This document shows, in pieces, positions 1 through 9,525 of a DNA stretch of 64,000 nucleotides. The stretch is from Bacteroidota bacterium. Lineage in GTDB: Bacteria; Bacteroidota; Bacteroidia; Bacteroidales; PUMT01. The notes beneath the pieces were generated by a model. The model did not search any database. It saw nothing but the letters and a program-made list of their open reading frames with translations, and was not told the origin of the DNA. Position 1 is the stretch's first letter, and every line of letters starts with the position of its first letter. A program made the position numbers and the translations under genes. The DNA lies in NCBI GenBank assembly GCA_037446695.1, contig JBBIHY010000001.1, forward strand, positions 67,026 to 131,025. Direction: 5' to 3'.

Positions 1-3000
1 AGTTCAAAGACCGATATTACCTGCAATGGCCTGACAAACGGAACAATTACCGTAACTGCCACGGGTGGAACAGGTACACTAACCTACACGCTTAATCCGG
101 GTGCTGTTTCGAATACAACGGGTATTTTTACAGGACTTTCAGCAGGTTCATACACGGTTTCAGTAACCGATGCAAAAGGATGCGGGCCGGTTAATACAGC
201 GCTGATTCAGATTGTTGAGCCGAATCCTATTCAAATTACAGGAACTTCCAAAACAGATATTACCTGCAACGGATTAATCAATGGAACAATAACTGTAACA
301 GCTACCGGTGGAACAGGAACTCTCACCTACACATTGAATCCCGGTTCAGTAAGCAACACCACAGGTGTATTTACTGGTCTTTCGGCCAATACTTATTCCG
401 TATCAGTTACCGATGCCAATTCCTGTAATCCTGTTTCCTCAGGCCCAATTCAGGTGATTGAACCACCTGCAATTCAGATCAATACCATTACACCTGTGAA
501 TGTTAGTTGCAACGGAGGAAGTAATGGTTCCATTACTGTTGTTGCCACCGGTGGTACTTCAACCTTAACCTACACCCTGAATCCCGGCTCAGTAAGCAAT
601 ACGACAGGAGTCTTCTCCGGACTGTTTGCAGGCAGCTATACAATTTCGGTGACCGATGTTAACGGTTGTGGGCCTGTTTCCAGTGGTCCGGTTACTATTA
701 CCCAGCCACCTGCAATCAATATAACAGGTGAAACAAAAACCAATATTACATGTTTCGGGGCATCCAATGGTACGATTACAATAACTGCCATAGGTGGAAC
801 AGCACCTCTTTCTTATACCCTGAATCCAGGTGCCGTGAATAATGTTTCAGGTATTTTCACAGGGTTGGGTCCAGGCAGTTATACTGTTTCTGTTACCGAT
901 GCCAACAGTTGCGGACCGGTTGTAAGTAATTCAATTGAAATAACAGAACCAGCCCAGATACAATTTACCGGAATTGTTAAAACAGATGTTTCATGTTTCG
1001 GGCTCACTAATGGTACGGTAACAGCCTCAGCAACCGGAGGTATAGCTCCATTGGTATATACAATTCTTCCCCCGGGAACTTCGAATGCCTCTGGAGTTTT
1101 TACAGGGCTTGCTGCAGGAAGTTATACCATCAGCGTGGATGATTTCAATGGTTGTGGCCCTGTTATAAGTACTCCTGTTAATATCATGGAACCCGTTGAG
1201 ATAACAGCAACGGTTACAGTTACAAATGCAACCTGTAATGGAACTGCAACGGGTACTATTGTAATAATTGCATCGGATGGGGTCCCGCCTTATTCCTATT
1301 CTGTAAACGGCGGGTTGAATTACCAGGCAGGAAATTCATTTATGGCTCTTGCTGCCGGCAGCTATTCTGTTTTTGTGAGAGATGCCAAAGGCTGTACAAA
1401 AAATGCCGGAACATACGTTATCACTGAGCCGGCGCCGGTGACATTTACTTTCAACCATACAGATATTACTTGCTACGGACAGACCAATGGTATCATTGAA
1501 TTTATTGCATCAGGGGGAACACCTCCTTACATGTATTCAATTTACGGGAATGATCCTGCTGAATATCAGGCAGGCAATGTCTTTACTAATTTGGGTCCTG
1601 ACACCTATGAACTTATTGTAAGGGATGTTAACGGATGTGTTTCTGCCTCAGTTTTCTTTACTTTGGACGACCCCGACCAGATTTTTGTCGGGTTCAGCGC
1701 ACCTGCCATTACCACATGTTTTGGAGCTCCAGGCAATATCACATTAACGGGCACAGGAGGTTCAGGCTCACTCGATTATTCCATTTCAACAACACAGTTT
1801 GTTCCCGGAATCTGGCAGGCTTCAGGAGAGTTTACTGGACTTCAGGGAGGAGTTCCTTATTATGGTTTTGTCAGGGATATGGTTACCGGATGTATTGCTT
1901 ATGCCAATGACGGAAACAGTATTACAATCAACCAGCCCTCTGAAATTTTGTATTCGGTGACTTCAGTTGTGCATGTAACGGGCTGCAGCTACAATACGAA
2001 CGGTGTAATCAGGATTTCACTGCCAACCGGTGGCTCCCCGCCCTATACCTATTTCAGGAATGGGGTTTCAAACGGTACTTCCAGAATTTTTACAAATGTT
2101 CCGGTTGGAACACATCTGATTGAGGCCGTTGATTCAAAAGGTTGCCGCAAACCAACCAATGTAATTGTTAATGGGCCGGCCCCCATTGTTTATGATTCCT
2201 TTGTGAAGACCGATGTAACCACCTGTTTTGGAGCAAATACCGGGTCCATTATTGTTTCAGCATCCGGTGGTACGGGAGTGATTACATACTCTCTTAACGG
2301 TGCACCTCCTGTGGGTAGTGGTTCCTTTACCAACCTCACAGCAGGGTTATATAACCTGGTTGTCCGCGATTCGAACGGATGTTTCAGGGATACCACCGTA
2401 ACAATCACACAGCCTCCTATGATGACCATTTCAGTTGCGAAAACCAATGTTACATGCTTTGGTGCAAATGACGGAACAATAACAATATCTATTACAGGTG
2501 GTGTATTGCCCTATCAGTATTCAATCACTAACGGGGCTTCCTATTTCTCCACTGGGGAATTTACCAATCTTGCACCTGGTATATACGGGGTTGTAGCCCG
2601 CGATGCCAATGGATGTATCCAGCATGGCGGAAATATTACGATTTATGAACCGCCCCAGTTAACAATTACCGGTGAAACCACCGTAGACCCAACCAATTGT
2701 CCGGCTGATCCAGGCAATGGCAGTATTACGATAACTGCTGCCGGAGGTACCACTCCACGCCGGTTTTCCATTGACGGAGGGTTGAATTATTTCGCCAATG
2801 GAGGGGTATTTACCGGTTTGCCTGTAGGGACTTACCAGGTTGCTGTGAGGGATGCAAGGGGATGTATTACCATGGGCAGTGAGCTTACCCTGACGGGACT
2901 TTTGCCGGTTACACTGGATATTACCACCTCAAATATTTCATGCAGCGGCGAGGTGGATGGATCGATTATCATTGTTGCATCAGGCGGTAGCGGTACTATT

Positions 3001-3805
3001 GAATACTCCATCAATGGAGGCATTGATTACTTTGCAAGTGGAAGTTTTTCAGCTCTTGCAGCCGGGGATTACGATATTATTGTACGGGATAATTTCGGGT
3101 GCACCCAGGGAGGTGGAACGGTTACCATTGCCGAGCCTTCAGCCTTACTGGTGGATGTACAGATAACCCACGTGATTATTGGTGGTCCGGCAGATGCAGG
3201 TCAACTGGATTTGATTGCATCAGGAGGTACCTCTCCCTATGAATACTCCATTGACGGAGGATTGAATTTTTCGGGAAGCCAGTTGTTTACCGGCCTGACC
3301 ACTGGAGATTACGATGTTGTGGTTCGTGATGCCAGTGGATGTGAATTTGCTTCAACTGTCACAATCCTTGAATTGCCGCCGTTTGATATTGTTTTAAATG
3401 TAACACATCTCAGATGTTTTCAATCAAATGACGGGTCAATTCTAATTAGTGCAAGCAACGGCATTGAGCCTTTTGAATATTCTATTGACGGCGGATTGAA
3501 TTATTTCACCACGGGAATTTTCACTAATCTTCCCGCAGGTGTGTATCCTGTACGCATCAGGGATGCCGGAGGGTACATATATAGTACCAGTGCTGTACTC
3601 AATGAACCCTCCGATATTATTATTACCGGAACAACAAGCAACGCTACCTGCAACCTGTCAACCAATGACGGAAGTATTGTAATCACTGTCAGTGGTGGTA
3701 CCGGTCCCTATAATTTCCTTTGGTCCGACGGCAGTTCAAACCAGGATATCCTTAATGCATATGGAGGAAATTATACCGTAACGGTAACCGATGATAACGG
3801 TTGCT
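1..3805 (+). repeat. Tandem in-frame coding repeats, period about 240-243 bp
   Basis: The first Cys codon of successive units falls at nt 22, 265, 508, 751, 994 and 1234, giving periods of 243, 243, 243, 243 and 240 bp. Units 1 and 2 share long stretches of nucleotide identity (e.g. GATATTACCTGCAA.GG....A.CAA.GGAACAAT.AC.GTAAC.GC.AC.GGTGGAACAGG). Later units diverge. Confidence 0.8.
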
Positions 3806-4596
3806 TTAAAGAGGCCACTTTCTTCGTGAACTCAACACACCAGGTAAATGTTGATTTGGGTGCTGATTTCAGTGTTTGTCCAAATGAAGAAGTTCAGTTA
3901 AACACTGTTTATTCTCAGTCCGGAACTACGGCAGTTTTCTCATGGTTCAGCAATCCTTCCGAGACAATTGCCCCGGTTTCAAATCCGTTTGTCCGTCCGG
4001 TTTATCCTGCATCCATTTACACAGTTACACTTACCGATGAAAACGGTTGTTTTGCAACTTCAACCCTTGAAATCAGTGTATTTGATGTGCCTGAGATTTA
4101 TGCCGGGGAAGATGTTACACTTATGGCCGGTTCATCTGCCACACTTACAGCATCACCTGATGTTTTCGTGAGCTATAGCTGGACACCTGCAGCGGGCCTG
4201 AATACTACGAGTGGAATTTCGGTGATTGCTACACCTGCAGTTGCTACTACCTATTATGTAACGGGTATTACATCTGACGGTTGCCCTTCCACCGATTCAG
4301 TATTTGTTAAGATAGCCCTCCCCATTAAACCTGCATCCGGGTTAACTCCAAATGGTGATGGGATCAATGATTTCTGGGAAATTGAGAATGCGATAGATTA
4401 TCCCGGCATTCTTGTTGAGGTTTTCAACCGCTATGGACAAAAACTCTTTAGTTCCCGTGGATACAGTGACGATAAGCGTTGGGACGGAAACTACAAAGGC
4501 AAACCTCTGCCGGTCGGAACCTATTATTTTGTGATTAATGTGAATGATTCCTCTGGAACGAAACCTATTACCGGACCAGTAACAATTGTAAGATAA
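1..4596 (+). CDS. SprB-repeat cell-surface adhesin with T9SS type-B C-terminal sorting domain (5' partial)
   Basis: Frame 1 is open from nt 1 (SSKTDITCNGLTNGTITVTATGG...), so the ORF-track start at 334 is internal. There are at least 16 copies of a ~80-aa Cys-bracketed unit (TD[IV][TS]C[FN]G..NG[TS]I......GG..P..Y.......G.Y.V.V.D..GC), as in SprB-type repeats. The C-terminus (...LTPNGDGINDFWEIEN...PLPVGTYYFVINV...) matches the gliding-motility / T9SS type-B C-terminal domain. Confidence 0.85.
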   Translation, partial: SSKTDITCNGLTNGTITVTATGGTGTLTYTLNPGAVSNTTGIFTGLSAGSYTVSVTDAKGCGPVNTALIQIVEPNPIQITGTSKTDITCNGLINGTITVTATGGTGTLTYTLNPGSVSNTTGVFTGLSANTYSVSVTDANSCNPVSSGPIQVIEPPAIQINTITPVNVSCNGGSNGSITVVATGGTSTLTYTLNPGSVSNTTGVFSGLFAGSYTISVTDVNGCGPVSSGPVTITQPPAINITGETKTNITCFGASNGTITITAIGGTAPLSYTLNPGAVNNVSGIFTGLGPGSYTVSVTDANSCGPVVSNSIEITEPAQIQFTGIVKTDVSCFGLTNGTVTASATGGIAPLVYTILPPGTSNASGVFTGLAAGSYTISVDDFNGCGPVISTPVNIMEPVEITATVTVTNATCNGTATGTIVIIASDGVPPYSYSVNGGLNYQAGNSFMALAAGSYSVFVRDAKGCTKNAGTYVITEPAPVTFTFNHTDITCYGQTNGIIEFIASGGTPPYMYSIYGNDPAEYQAGNVFTNLGPDTYELIVRDVNGCVSASVFFTLDDPDQIFVGFSAPAITTCFGAPGNITLTGTGGSGSLDYSISTTQFVPGIWQASGEFTGLQGGVPYYGFVRDMVTGCIAYANDGNSITINQPSEILYSVTSVVHVTGCSYNTNGVIRISLPTGGSPPYTYFRNGVSNGTSRIFTNVPVGTHLIEAVDSKGCRKPTNVIVNGPAPIVYDSFVKTDVTTCFGANTGSIIVSASGGTGVITYSLNGAPPVGSGSFTNLTAGLYNLVVRDSNGCFRDTTVTITQPPMMTISVAKTNVTCFGANDGTITISITGGVLPYQYSITNGASYFSTGEFTNLAPGIYGVVARDANGCIQHGGNITIYEPPQLTITGETTVDPTNCPADPGNGSITITAAGGTTPRRFSIDGGLNYFANGGVFTGLPVGTYQVAVRDARGCITMGSELTLTGLLPVTLDITTSNISCSGEVDGSIIIVASGGSGTIEYSINGGIDYFASGSFSALAAGDYDIIVRDNFGCTQGGGTVTIAEPSALLVDVQITHVIIGGPADAGQLDLIASGGTSPYEYSIDGGLNFSGSQLFTGLTTGDYDVVVRDASGCEFASTVTILELPPFDIVLNVTHLRCFQSNDGSILISASNGIEPFEYSIDGGLNYFTTGIFTNLPAGVYPVRIRDAGGYIYSTSAVLNEPSDIIITGTTSNATCNLSTNDGSIVITVSGGTGPYNFLWSDGSSNQDILNAYGGNYTVTVTDDNGCFKEATFFVNSTHQVNVDLGADFSVCPNEEVQLNTVYSQSGTTAVFSWFSNPSETIAPVSNPFVRPVYPASIYTVTLTDENGCFATSTLEISVFDVPEIYAGEDVTLMAGSSATLTASPDVFVSYSWTPAAGLNTTSGISVIATPAVATTYYVTGITSDGCPSTDSVFVKIALPIKPASGLTPNGDGINDFWEIENAIDYPGILVEVFNRYGQKLFSSRGYSDDKRWDGNYKGKPLPVGTYYFVINVNDSSGTKPITGPVTIVR

Positions 4597-4598
4597 TT

Positions 4599-5498
4599 AT
4601 GAGAAAGATACTGATAATAACAGCCCTGGTTATATTGTTTGGCCAAGCCAAAGTGTTTGGCCAACAGGTACCTCATTATACCCAGTTTATGTTTAACGGG
4701 TATGCTATTAATCCGGCCATTGCAGGCACACATAACTACTATCAGATAAGGATGAACGGCCGTTTTCAATGGGCAGGAATCACCGATCCGCCGCAAACCA
4801 ACTCACTAAGTGTTTACGGTCCGCATGCAACCAAGGATATGGGATTCGGGGGTCATCTTTATACCGATGTGACTGGTCCGACCAGCCGAACCGGTATTTA
4901 TGGTTCCTATGCCTACAATTTGATATTAAACGACCTGATGCGTTTGTCGATGGGACTTTCGTTCGGCATGGTTCAGAATAAAATTGATGGCACCAGTATA
5001 ACTGTACTCGACCCAAATGATCCCGCTTTGCTTAATTCTTCTGCCAGCGCATTTGTGCCCGATGCCACATTCGGTTTGTTTCTGTATTCACCTGATTTCC
5101 ATGTTGGATTTTCAGTAAGTCAGCTTTTTAATAACAAGCTGAAATTCTATGATAAACAGATTGGTATCAACAGGTTAAAAAGCCATTTTTACCTAACGGG
5201 AGGCTATAAATACCGAATCAACTATGACTTTGCAATTGAGCCATCTATTATAATAAAAGGCACTGCTCCCGTTCCCATACAGGTGGATTTTAATGTCAGG
5301 GGGATATACCAGGAAATGGTTTGGCTGGGTTTATCCATACGCTCACAGGATGCATTTTCAATTTTACTGGGGTATATGCACCAGAATAAGTTTATTTTTG
5401 GTTATTCCTATGACATCAGTATTTCGGATATCAGAAAATTCAATTCCGGTTCACATGAAATACTTTTGGGCATGAGGTTTAACGCCATAAAAAAATAA
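4599..5498 (+). CDS. PorP/SprF-family type IX secretion system membrane protein (adhesin-cognate copy)
   Basis: It has a signal peptide followed by QQVPHYTQFMFNGYAINPAIAG, the hallmark N-terminal motif of PorP/SprF proteins. The C-terminal region has beta-barrel-like alternating patterns. It starts 2 nt after the stop of the type-B CTD adhesin. Confidence 0.85.
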   Translation: MRKILIITALVILFGQAKVFGQQVPHYTQFMFNGYAINPAIAGTHNYYQIRMNGRFQWAGITDPPQTNSLSVYGPHATKDMGFGGHLYTDVTGPTSRTGIYGSYAYNLILNDLMRLSMGLSFGMVQNKIDGTSITVLDPNDPALLNSSASAFVPDATFGLFLYSPDFHVGFSVSQLFNNKLKFYDKQIGINRLKSHFYLTGGYKYRINYDFAIEPSIIIKGTAPVPIQVDFNVRGIYQEMVWLGLSIRSQDAFSILLGYMHQNKFIFGYSYDISISDIRKFNSGSHEILLGMRFNAIKK

Positions 5499-5515
5499 AA
5501 GTTACAGGATAATTT

Positions 5516-6301
5516 ATGGGGAAGCACGCCATCCTAGCCGCCTGTCTGTTAATTGCAGCATTTTCCTTTGCATGCGGAAGGAAGGAGAGGAATATTATTG
5601 ATAAACAGAAGATGGTAAGTATCATGATTGACCTTCACAAGGTGGATGGAATTATACTTTCAGAATTATTTTTAAAGAATTATCCAAGGGCTGATAGTGT
5701 GGATATTTATAATCCAGTTTTTGAGAAACATGAAGTAACGCGCAGGCAATTTGAAGAATCCCTGCTGTTTTATTCTCAATCACCGCAGATACTTGAAAAA
5801 ATGTATGACAAGGTAATCTCAGAGCTGACAAAGGAACACACCCGTCTTAAGGAAGAAATTGCCGCTGCGGCAAGAGATACAACCGGAAATCTCTGGAAGG
5901 AAAGAACCAACTGGAAATTTCCGGCAGAAAGAAACGATAATTTTGAAGTTAAAATTCCTTTAAAGGGGTTGGGGTTATATACCTTTTCTTCACAAATAAG
6001 ACTTTACAGGAATGACGAATCCGAGAATTCCCGGATTTCCCTTTGGTTTTGGGCTGATAATGGTACCGAAGTGGGGAAAACAGATTCCTTTCCCATTACT
6101 TATTTAAAGAAGGACGGGAAACTCCATTTTTATAAGGTGTCAAAACATCTCTCTGATACCAGTTATACCCACCTCAGGGGGAGACTATTGGACAGCGATC
6201 TGACGGATAGCCGCAGCAGAAGACAGGCCGATTTTTTTCAAATCAGGATTACCTTTGAAGATGTACTGTCCGAGGGGGTGAAACACGACATCGGCCAATA
6301 A
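5516..6301 (+). CDS. Hypothetical lipoprotein (DUF4296-like N-terminus)
   Basis: The signal peptide has a lipobox (...AAFSFAC-G). The segment IIDKQKMVSIMIDLHKVDGII resembles the DUF4296 motif as I recall it. No catalytic motifs were seen. Confidence 0.55.
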   Translation: MGKHAILAACLLIAAFSFACGRKERNIIDKQKMVSIMIDLHKVDGIILSELFLKNYPRADSVDIYNPVFEKHEVTRRQFEESLLFYSQSPQILEKMYDKVISELTKEHTRLKEEIAAAARDTTGNLWKERTNWKFPAERNDNFEVKIPLKGLGLYTFSSQIRLYRNDESENSRISLWFWADNGTEVGKTDSFPITYLKKDGKLHFYKVSKHLSDTSYTHLRGRLLDSDLTDSRSRRQADFFQIRITFEDVLSEGVKHDIGQ

Positions 6302-6312
6302 TTCATTTCTTC

Positions 6313-7083
6313 ATGAGAAAAATTTCCGGAACCTATGTTTTTTCGATAACTTCCGGGGAAATCAGGTTTGGAGTTCTATCACTGAAGAATAACCAGATTT
6401 TAGAAATCATAGATCCTGGTGAAAATTTCAGGGAAATTTCTTCTCTAGAGTACTTTAACGGGATCGTTTTTCCGGGATTTGTTTGTGTACATATCTCATC
6501 GGGACATTCGGAAGAATTTGAACCAAATTCTACCCGGCTGATTTTTGACCGTGGAGCAAATGTCCTTGCCCGCCTGAATTATCAACCAGGAAAGTCGGAA
6601 GCTTTGGTACTTATTGATATTGTTTCTCTGAACAGAAATAAAACAACCGGCTTAAAAGTCAGGCAGGATAAATATGTGCCGGTATTGGAAAAAAATGGGG
6701 GAATGGAATATTTTTTCTCAGTTCAGCACGAGAGAACCGGTGAGAACTGGTATTTCATTACGCCCAATGAACTGAGATGCAGTGAACCGTTAAAACTATT
6801 ACCCATCATACGGAAAATCCGCCACAGGTTAATTTTTTCCTGGGGAGGAGATACCACAGGATTCGGGGAATTATTGGAATTTATGCTGCACCCTGATTCC
6901 GGATTGAAAATAAATGAAGTTCTGGCCACAGTTACCCATAACCCTGCCCAATTTTTGGGTATTCAGGATGAGTTTGGCTCATTAAAAGCAGGGATAAGTC
7001 CGGGCGTATTGCTGCTCGAAGGCATGAACCTGAAAGAAATGAGTGTTATTAAGGGAAAAATCAAACCAAAAAGACTTGCCTGA
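6313..7083 (+). CDS. Amidohydrolase-fold-like protein, short and lacking the HxH metal motif (function unknown)
   Basis: The N-terminus (...YFNGIVFPGFVCVHISSGHS) and C-terminus (ATVTHNPAQFLGIQDEFGSLKAGISPGVLLLEG) resemble the ends of amidohydrolases. However, the PGF[VI]D.H.H metal motif is degenerate and the protein is only 256 aa. Confidence 0.4.
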   Translation: MRKISGTYVFSITSGEIRFGVLSLKNNQILEIIDPGENFREISSLEYFNGIVFPGFVCVHISSGHSEEFEPNSTRLIFDRGANVLARLNYQPGKSEALVLIDIVSLNRNKTTGLKVRQDKYVPVLEKNGGMEYFFSVQHERTGENWYFITPNELRCSEPLKLLPIIRKIRHRLIFSWGGDTTGFGELLEFMLHPDSGLKINEVLATVTHNPAQFLGIQDEFGSLKAGISPGVLLLEGMNLKEMSVIKGKIKPKRLA

Positions 7084-7086
7084 AAA

Positions 7087-7509
7087 TCATGCACCTTTGG
7101 ATTTTAAAAACGCAACGGCATCCTTATCGTATTTAAGGATATGGTTTTCAAACCATTCCTGCAGAAAGTTGTGCATTTCCAAACATACATTTTCCTTTTC
7201 GGCTTCAAAATCTTCCTGAAACCTGCTCAACCGCTGAATAAACAGATTATGACTTTCTTTGTGCTGGCTGAATCCCGGATATTGATAGTCTTTTAAATAA
7301 ATTTCTTCCTGGATTAAGTGATGTTCAGCATAATGAACCAAAGCAAAAAAGAGTTCGGAAGTTTTTTGCCTGCATTCTTTCCCGGCAACCACTAATTTCA
7401 ATTCATTCAGAAGATCAAGGAATTTTCTGTGCTGCTCATCAATAAATGAGATATTCACATTGTAATCATCCTTCCATTGTATCGGCTCTGCTGAAAATTC
7501 TTTCTCCAT
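7087..7509 (-). CDS. Hemerythrin-like metal-binding protein (bacteriohemerythrin)
   Basis: WKDDYNVNISFIDEQHRKFLDLLNEL, HYAEHHLIQEE, HKESHNLF and NHILKYDKD supply the H / HxxxE / HxxxH / HxxxxD ligand pattern of hemerythrins. The length of 140 aa fits. Confidence 0.85.
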   Translation of the reverse strand: MEKEFSAEPIQWKDDYNVNISFIDEQHRKFLDLLNELKLVVAGKECRQKTSELFFALVHYAEHHLIQEEIYLKDYQYPGFSQHKESHNLFIQRLSRFQEDFEAEKENVCLEMHNFLQEWFENHILKYDKDAVAFLKSKGA

Positions 7510-7565
7510 GATTTCCCGGTAATATGTTTTCTAACATACAAAGTTAGCCCGTGTGCATTGCAATA

Positions 7566-7637
7566 CAATGATAATTGTCATTAACACCTGGTTTATGGAA
7601 TTAGATCATTGCCAATGATTTCCCTACTTTTGTAGGG
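7566..7637. promoter_or_regulatory. Divergent promoter region with two ATGAT/ATCAT-type palindromes and a start-proximal hairpin
   Basis: AATGATAATTGTCATT lies at 7567-7582 and contains AATGATAAT, the core 9-mer of the classical Fur box GATAATGATAATCATTATC. ATCATT-gcc-AATGAT lies at 7605-7619. The hairpin CCCTAC-tttt-GTAGGG (7622-7637) is 11 nt upstream of the radical SAM ATG. Confidence 0.3.
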
Positions 7638-7648
7638 CCGAAATTAAT

Positions 7649-8428
7649 ATGGGAACATTTCTTTTTAATGACATTATTTTTGGTCCGGTGCGAAGCCGTA
7701 GACTGGGTGCCTCCCTTGGGGTGAATCTGATTCCTGTGGATTCAAAATGGTGCAGTTTTAATTGCATTTATTGTGAATGCGGCTGGACTAACAGGCGGGA
7801 TTTTGCAGGGGATGGTTTTCCACTTCGCCATGAAGTCAGGGAGGCCCTTCGGGAAAAACTGTGTGAAATGAAGAGTAAAGAGTCTCCTCTGGATGTAATT
7901 ACTTTTGCCGGAAACGGAGAACCCACCCTTCATCCTGACTTCCCGGGTATCATTGATGATACGATAGAATTAAGAAACTTTTTCTGCCCGGAAGTTGAAA
8001 TTGCCGTTCTTTCCAATTCAACCATGCTGCATGATGAAAAGGTAAGAAATGCCCTTGCCTGTATAGAACAGAATATTCTGAAGCTGGATTCGGCCATTGA
8101 AGAAACCTTTCGGCTGCTGAATCAGCCAGCCGGGGAATTCAATTTGGACAGATTGATTGAGGGATTAGAGTTTTTCAGGGGTAAATTTATTTTGCAAACA
8201 ATGTTTGTGAGAGGCACTTTTAAAGGGAAACCTTTTGATAATACTACCGAAAAGGAGCTGGATGCCTGGCAGGACCTTGTAAAACGGCTTCAACCCGGCA
8301 AGGTGATGATTTACACCATTGCCAGAAACACCCCGGCAAATGACATTCAAAAGATTCCCCTGAAGAAATTGAACGAAATTGCTCAAAGGATTGAAAATAT
8401 GGGAATTCCGGTACAGGTTTCTTCCTAA
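7649..8428 (+). CDS. Radical SAM protein
   Basis: The CxxxCxxC cluster motif is present in ...DSKWCSFNCIYCECGW... near the N-terminus. GNGEPTLHP is a typical SAM-binding GGEP-like motif. Confidence 0.85.
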   Translation: MGTFLFNDIIFGPVRSRRLGASLGVNLIPVDSKWCSFNCIYCECGWTNRRDFAGDGFPLRHEVREALREKLCEMKSKESPLDVITFAGNGEPTLHPDFPGIIDDTIELRNFFCPEVEIAVLSNSTMLHDEKVRNALACIEQNILKLDSAIEETFRLLNQPAGEFNLDRLIEGLEFFRGKFILQTMFVRGTFKGKPFDNTTEKELDAWQDLVKRLQPGKVMIYTIARNTPANDIQKIPLKKLNEIAQRIENMGIPVQVSS

Positions 8429-8439
8429 ACAATAATAAT

Positions 8440-9525
8440 TTGGGAAGGCTTAAGAAAATTCTTGTTTGCCCGCTGGACTGGGGACTGGGTCATGCAACCC
8501 GCTGTATACCTGTTATAAATAAATTGCTTGAGCACGATTGTGAAGTGCATATTGCAGGAAATGGGAAATCTCTGAAACTATTAAGGATAACTTTTCCGCA
8601 TTTGAAATGGTATGCCATACCCGGATGGAGAATCAGATATGCTGATAAACCCTTCTTTTTTCTTTTTCTGTTTTTTCAATTGCCATTTTTTATTTTTTCT
8701 GTTTTCAGGGAAAACTATCTGGTCAAAAGAATCCAGAAAAAAGAAGGGTTCCATGTGATTATCTCAGACAACCGCTATGGGCTTTTTACCAGGTTAACCA
8801 AAACAGTTTTTATTTGCCATCAGTTGAAAATAATACTGCCCGGTTGGCTGAAGCTGTTTGAAAAAATTGCTCACTGGTTAACTTCCCGGGTTGTCAGCCG
8901 GTATGATATTTGCTGGATACCTGATATGCCGGGCAGCCCCTGTTCAGGAATTCTTTCCGCTGCCGGAGCAGATTCAGGAAATGCCCGATACACAGGACTT
9001 CTTTCAAGGTTTTCAGATGCGGAAGCCACTACAAACGAAAAATCTGATTATGAGATAGTTGCAGTTTTATCGGGGCCTGAACCATCCAGAAGCCGTTTTG
9101 AGAAAATACTGGAAAAGCAACTTTCGATGAGCAAAAGGAAATCATTATTAATTCGCGGATTGCCTGACAACCAGTCCATTTCGCAAAATGGCAATTTTTA
9201 TAAGGTAAATCATTTGTCAGCAAATGCTTTCTCAGAGGTGGTGCAAAATGCCCGGTATATTATTTGCCGGAGCGGGTATTCCGGTATTATGGATTTGCTG
9301 GTGCTGAAAAAGAGGGCAATACTGGTTCCCACGCCCGGTCAAACCGAGCAGGAATACCTTGCCCGGCATCTTCGGGCACAAGGGCTTTTTCCTTTTATGA
9401 AACAGGAGGAATTTGAACTGGAGAAAGCCTTAGAGCTTCTGGATGCTTCGATGAATGAGTTACCGGAGTTCCAGGGAGATGTTCTGCTTGAGGAAGCAGT
9501 AAGGAGCCTGCTGGAATCAGATTAG
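8440..9525 (+). CDS. Glycosyltransferase (UDP-glycosyltransferase / MurG-like fold)
   Basis: The N-terminal PLDWGLGHATRCIPV motif and the C-terminal ...RSGYSGIMDLL......VPTPGQTEQEYLA... are typical of the GT1/GT28-like family. The start is an apparent TTG at 8440, with no upstream ATG. Confidence 0.7.
   Translation: MGRLKKILVCPLDWGLGHATRCIPVINKLLEHDCEVHIAGNGKSLKLLRITFPHLKWYAIPGWRIRYADKPFFFLFLFFQLPFFIFSVFRENYLVKRIQKKEGFHVIISDNRYGLFTRLTKTVFICHQLKIILPGWLKLFEKIAHWLTSRVVSRYDICWIPDMPGSPCSGILSAAGADSGNARYTGLLSRFSDAEATTNEKSDYEIVAVLSGPEPSRSRFEKILEKQLSMSKRKSLLIRGLPDNQSISQNGNFYKVNHLSANAFSEVVQNARYIICRSGYSGIMDLLVLKKRAILVPTPGQTEQEYLARHLRAQGLFPFMKQEEFELEKALELLDASMNELPEFQGDVLLEEAVRSLLESD

Noticed and set aside
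1635-4171. There are several 60-90 codon ORFs in alternative frames and on the opposite strand inside the adhesin gene (for example 1635-1910, 2190-2447, 2832-3023, 2957-3166, 3501-3686 and 3968-4171).
   Set aside because: They lie wholly within a long, clearly coding repeat-protein frame. Their translations are low-complexity shadows with no recognisable motifs.
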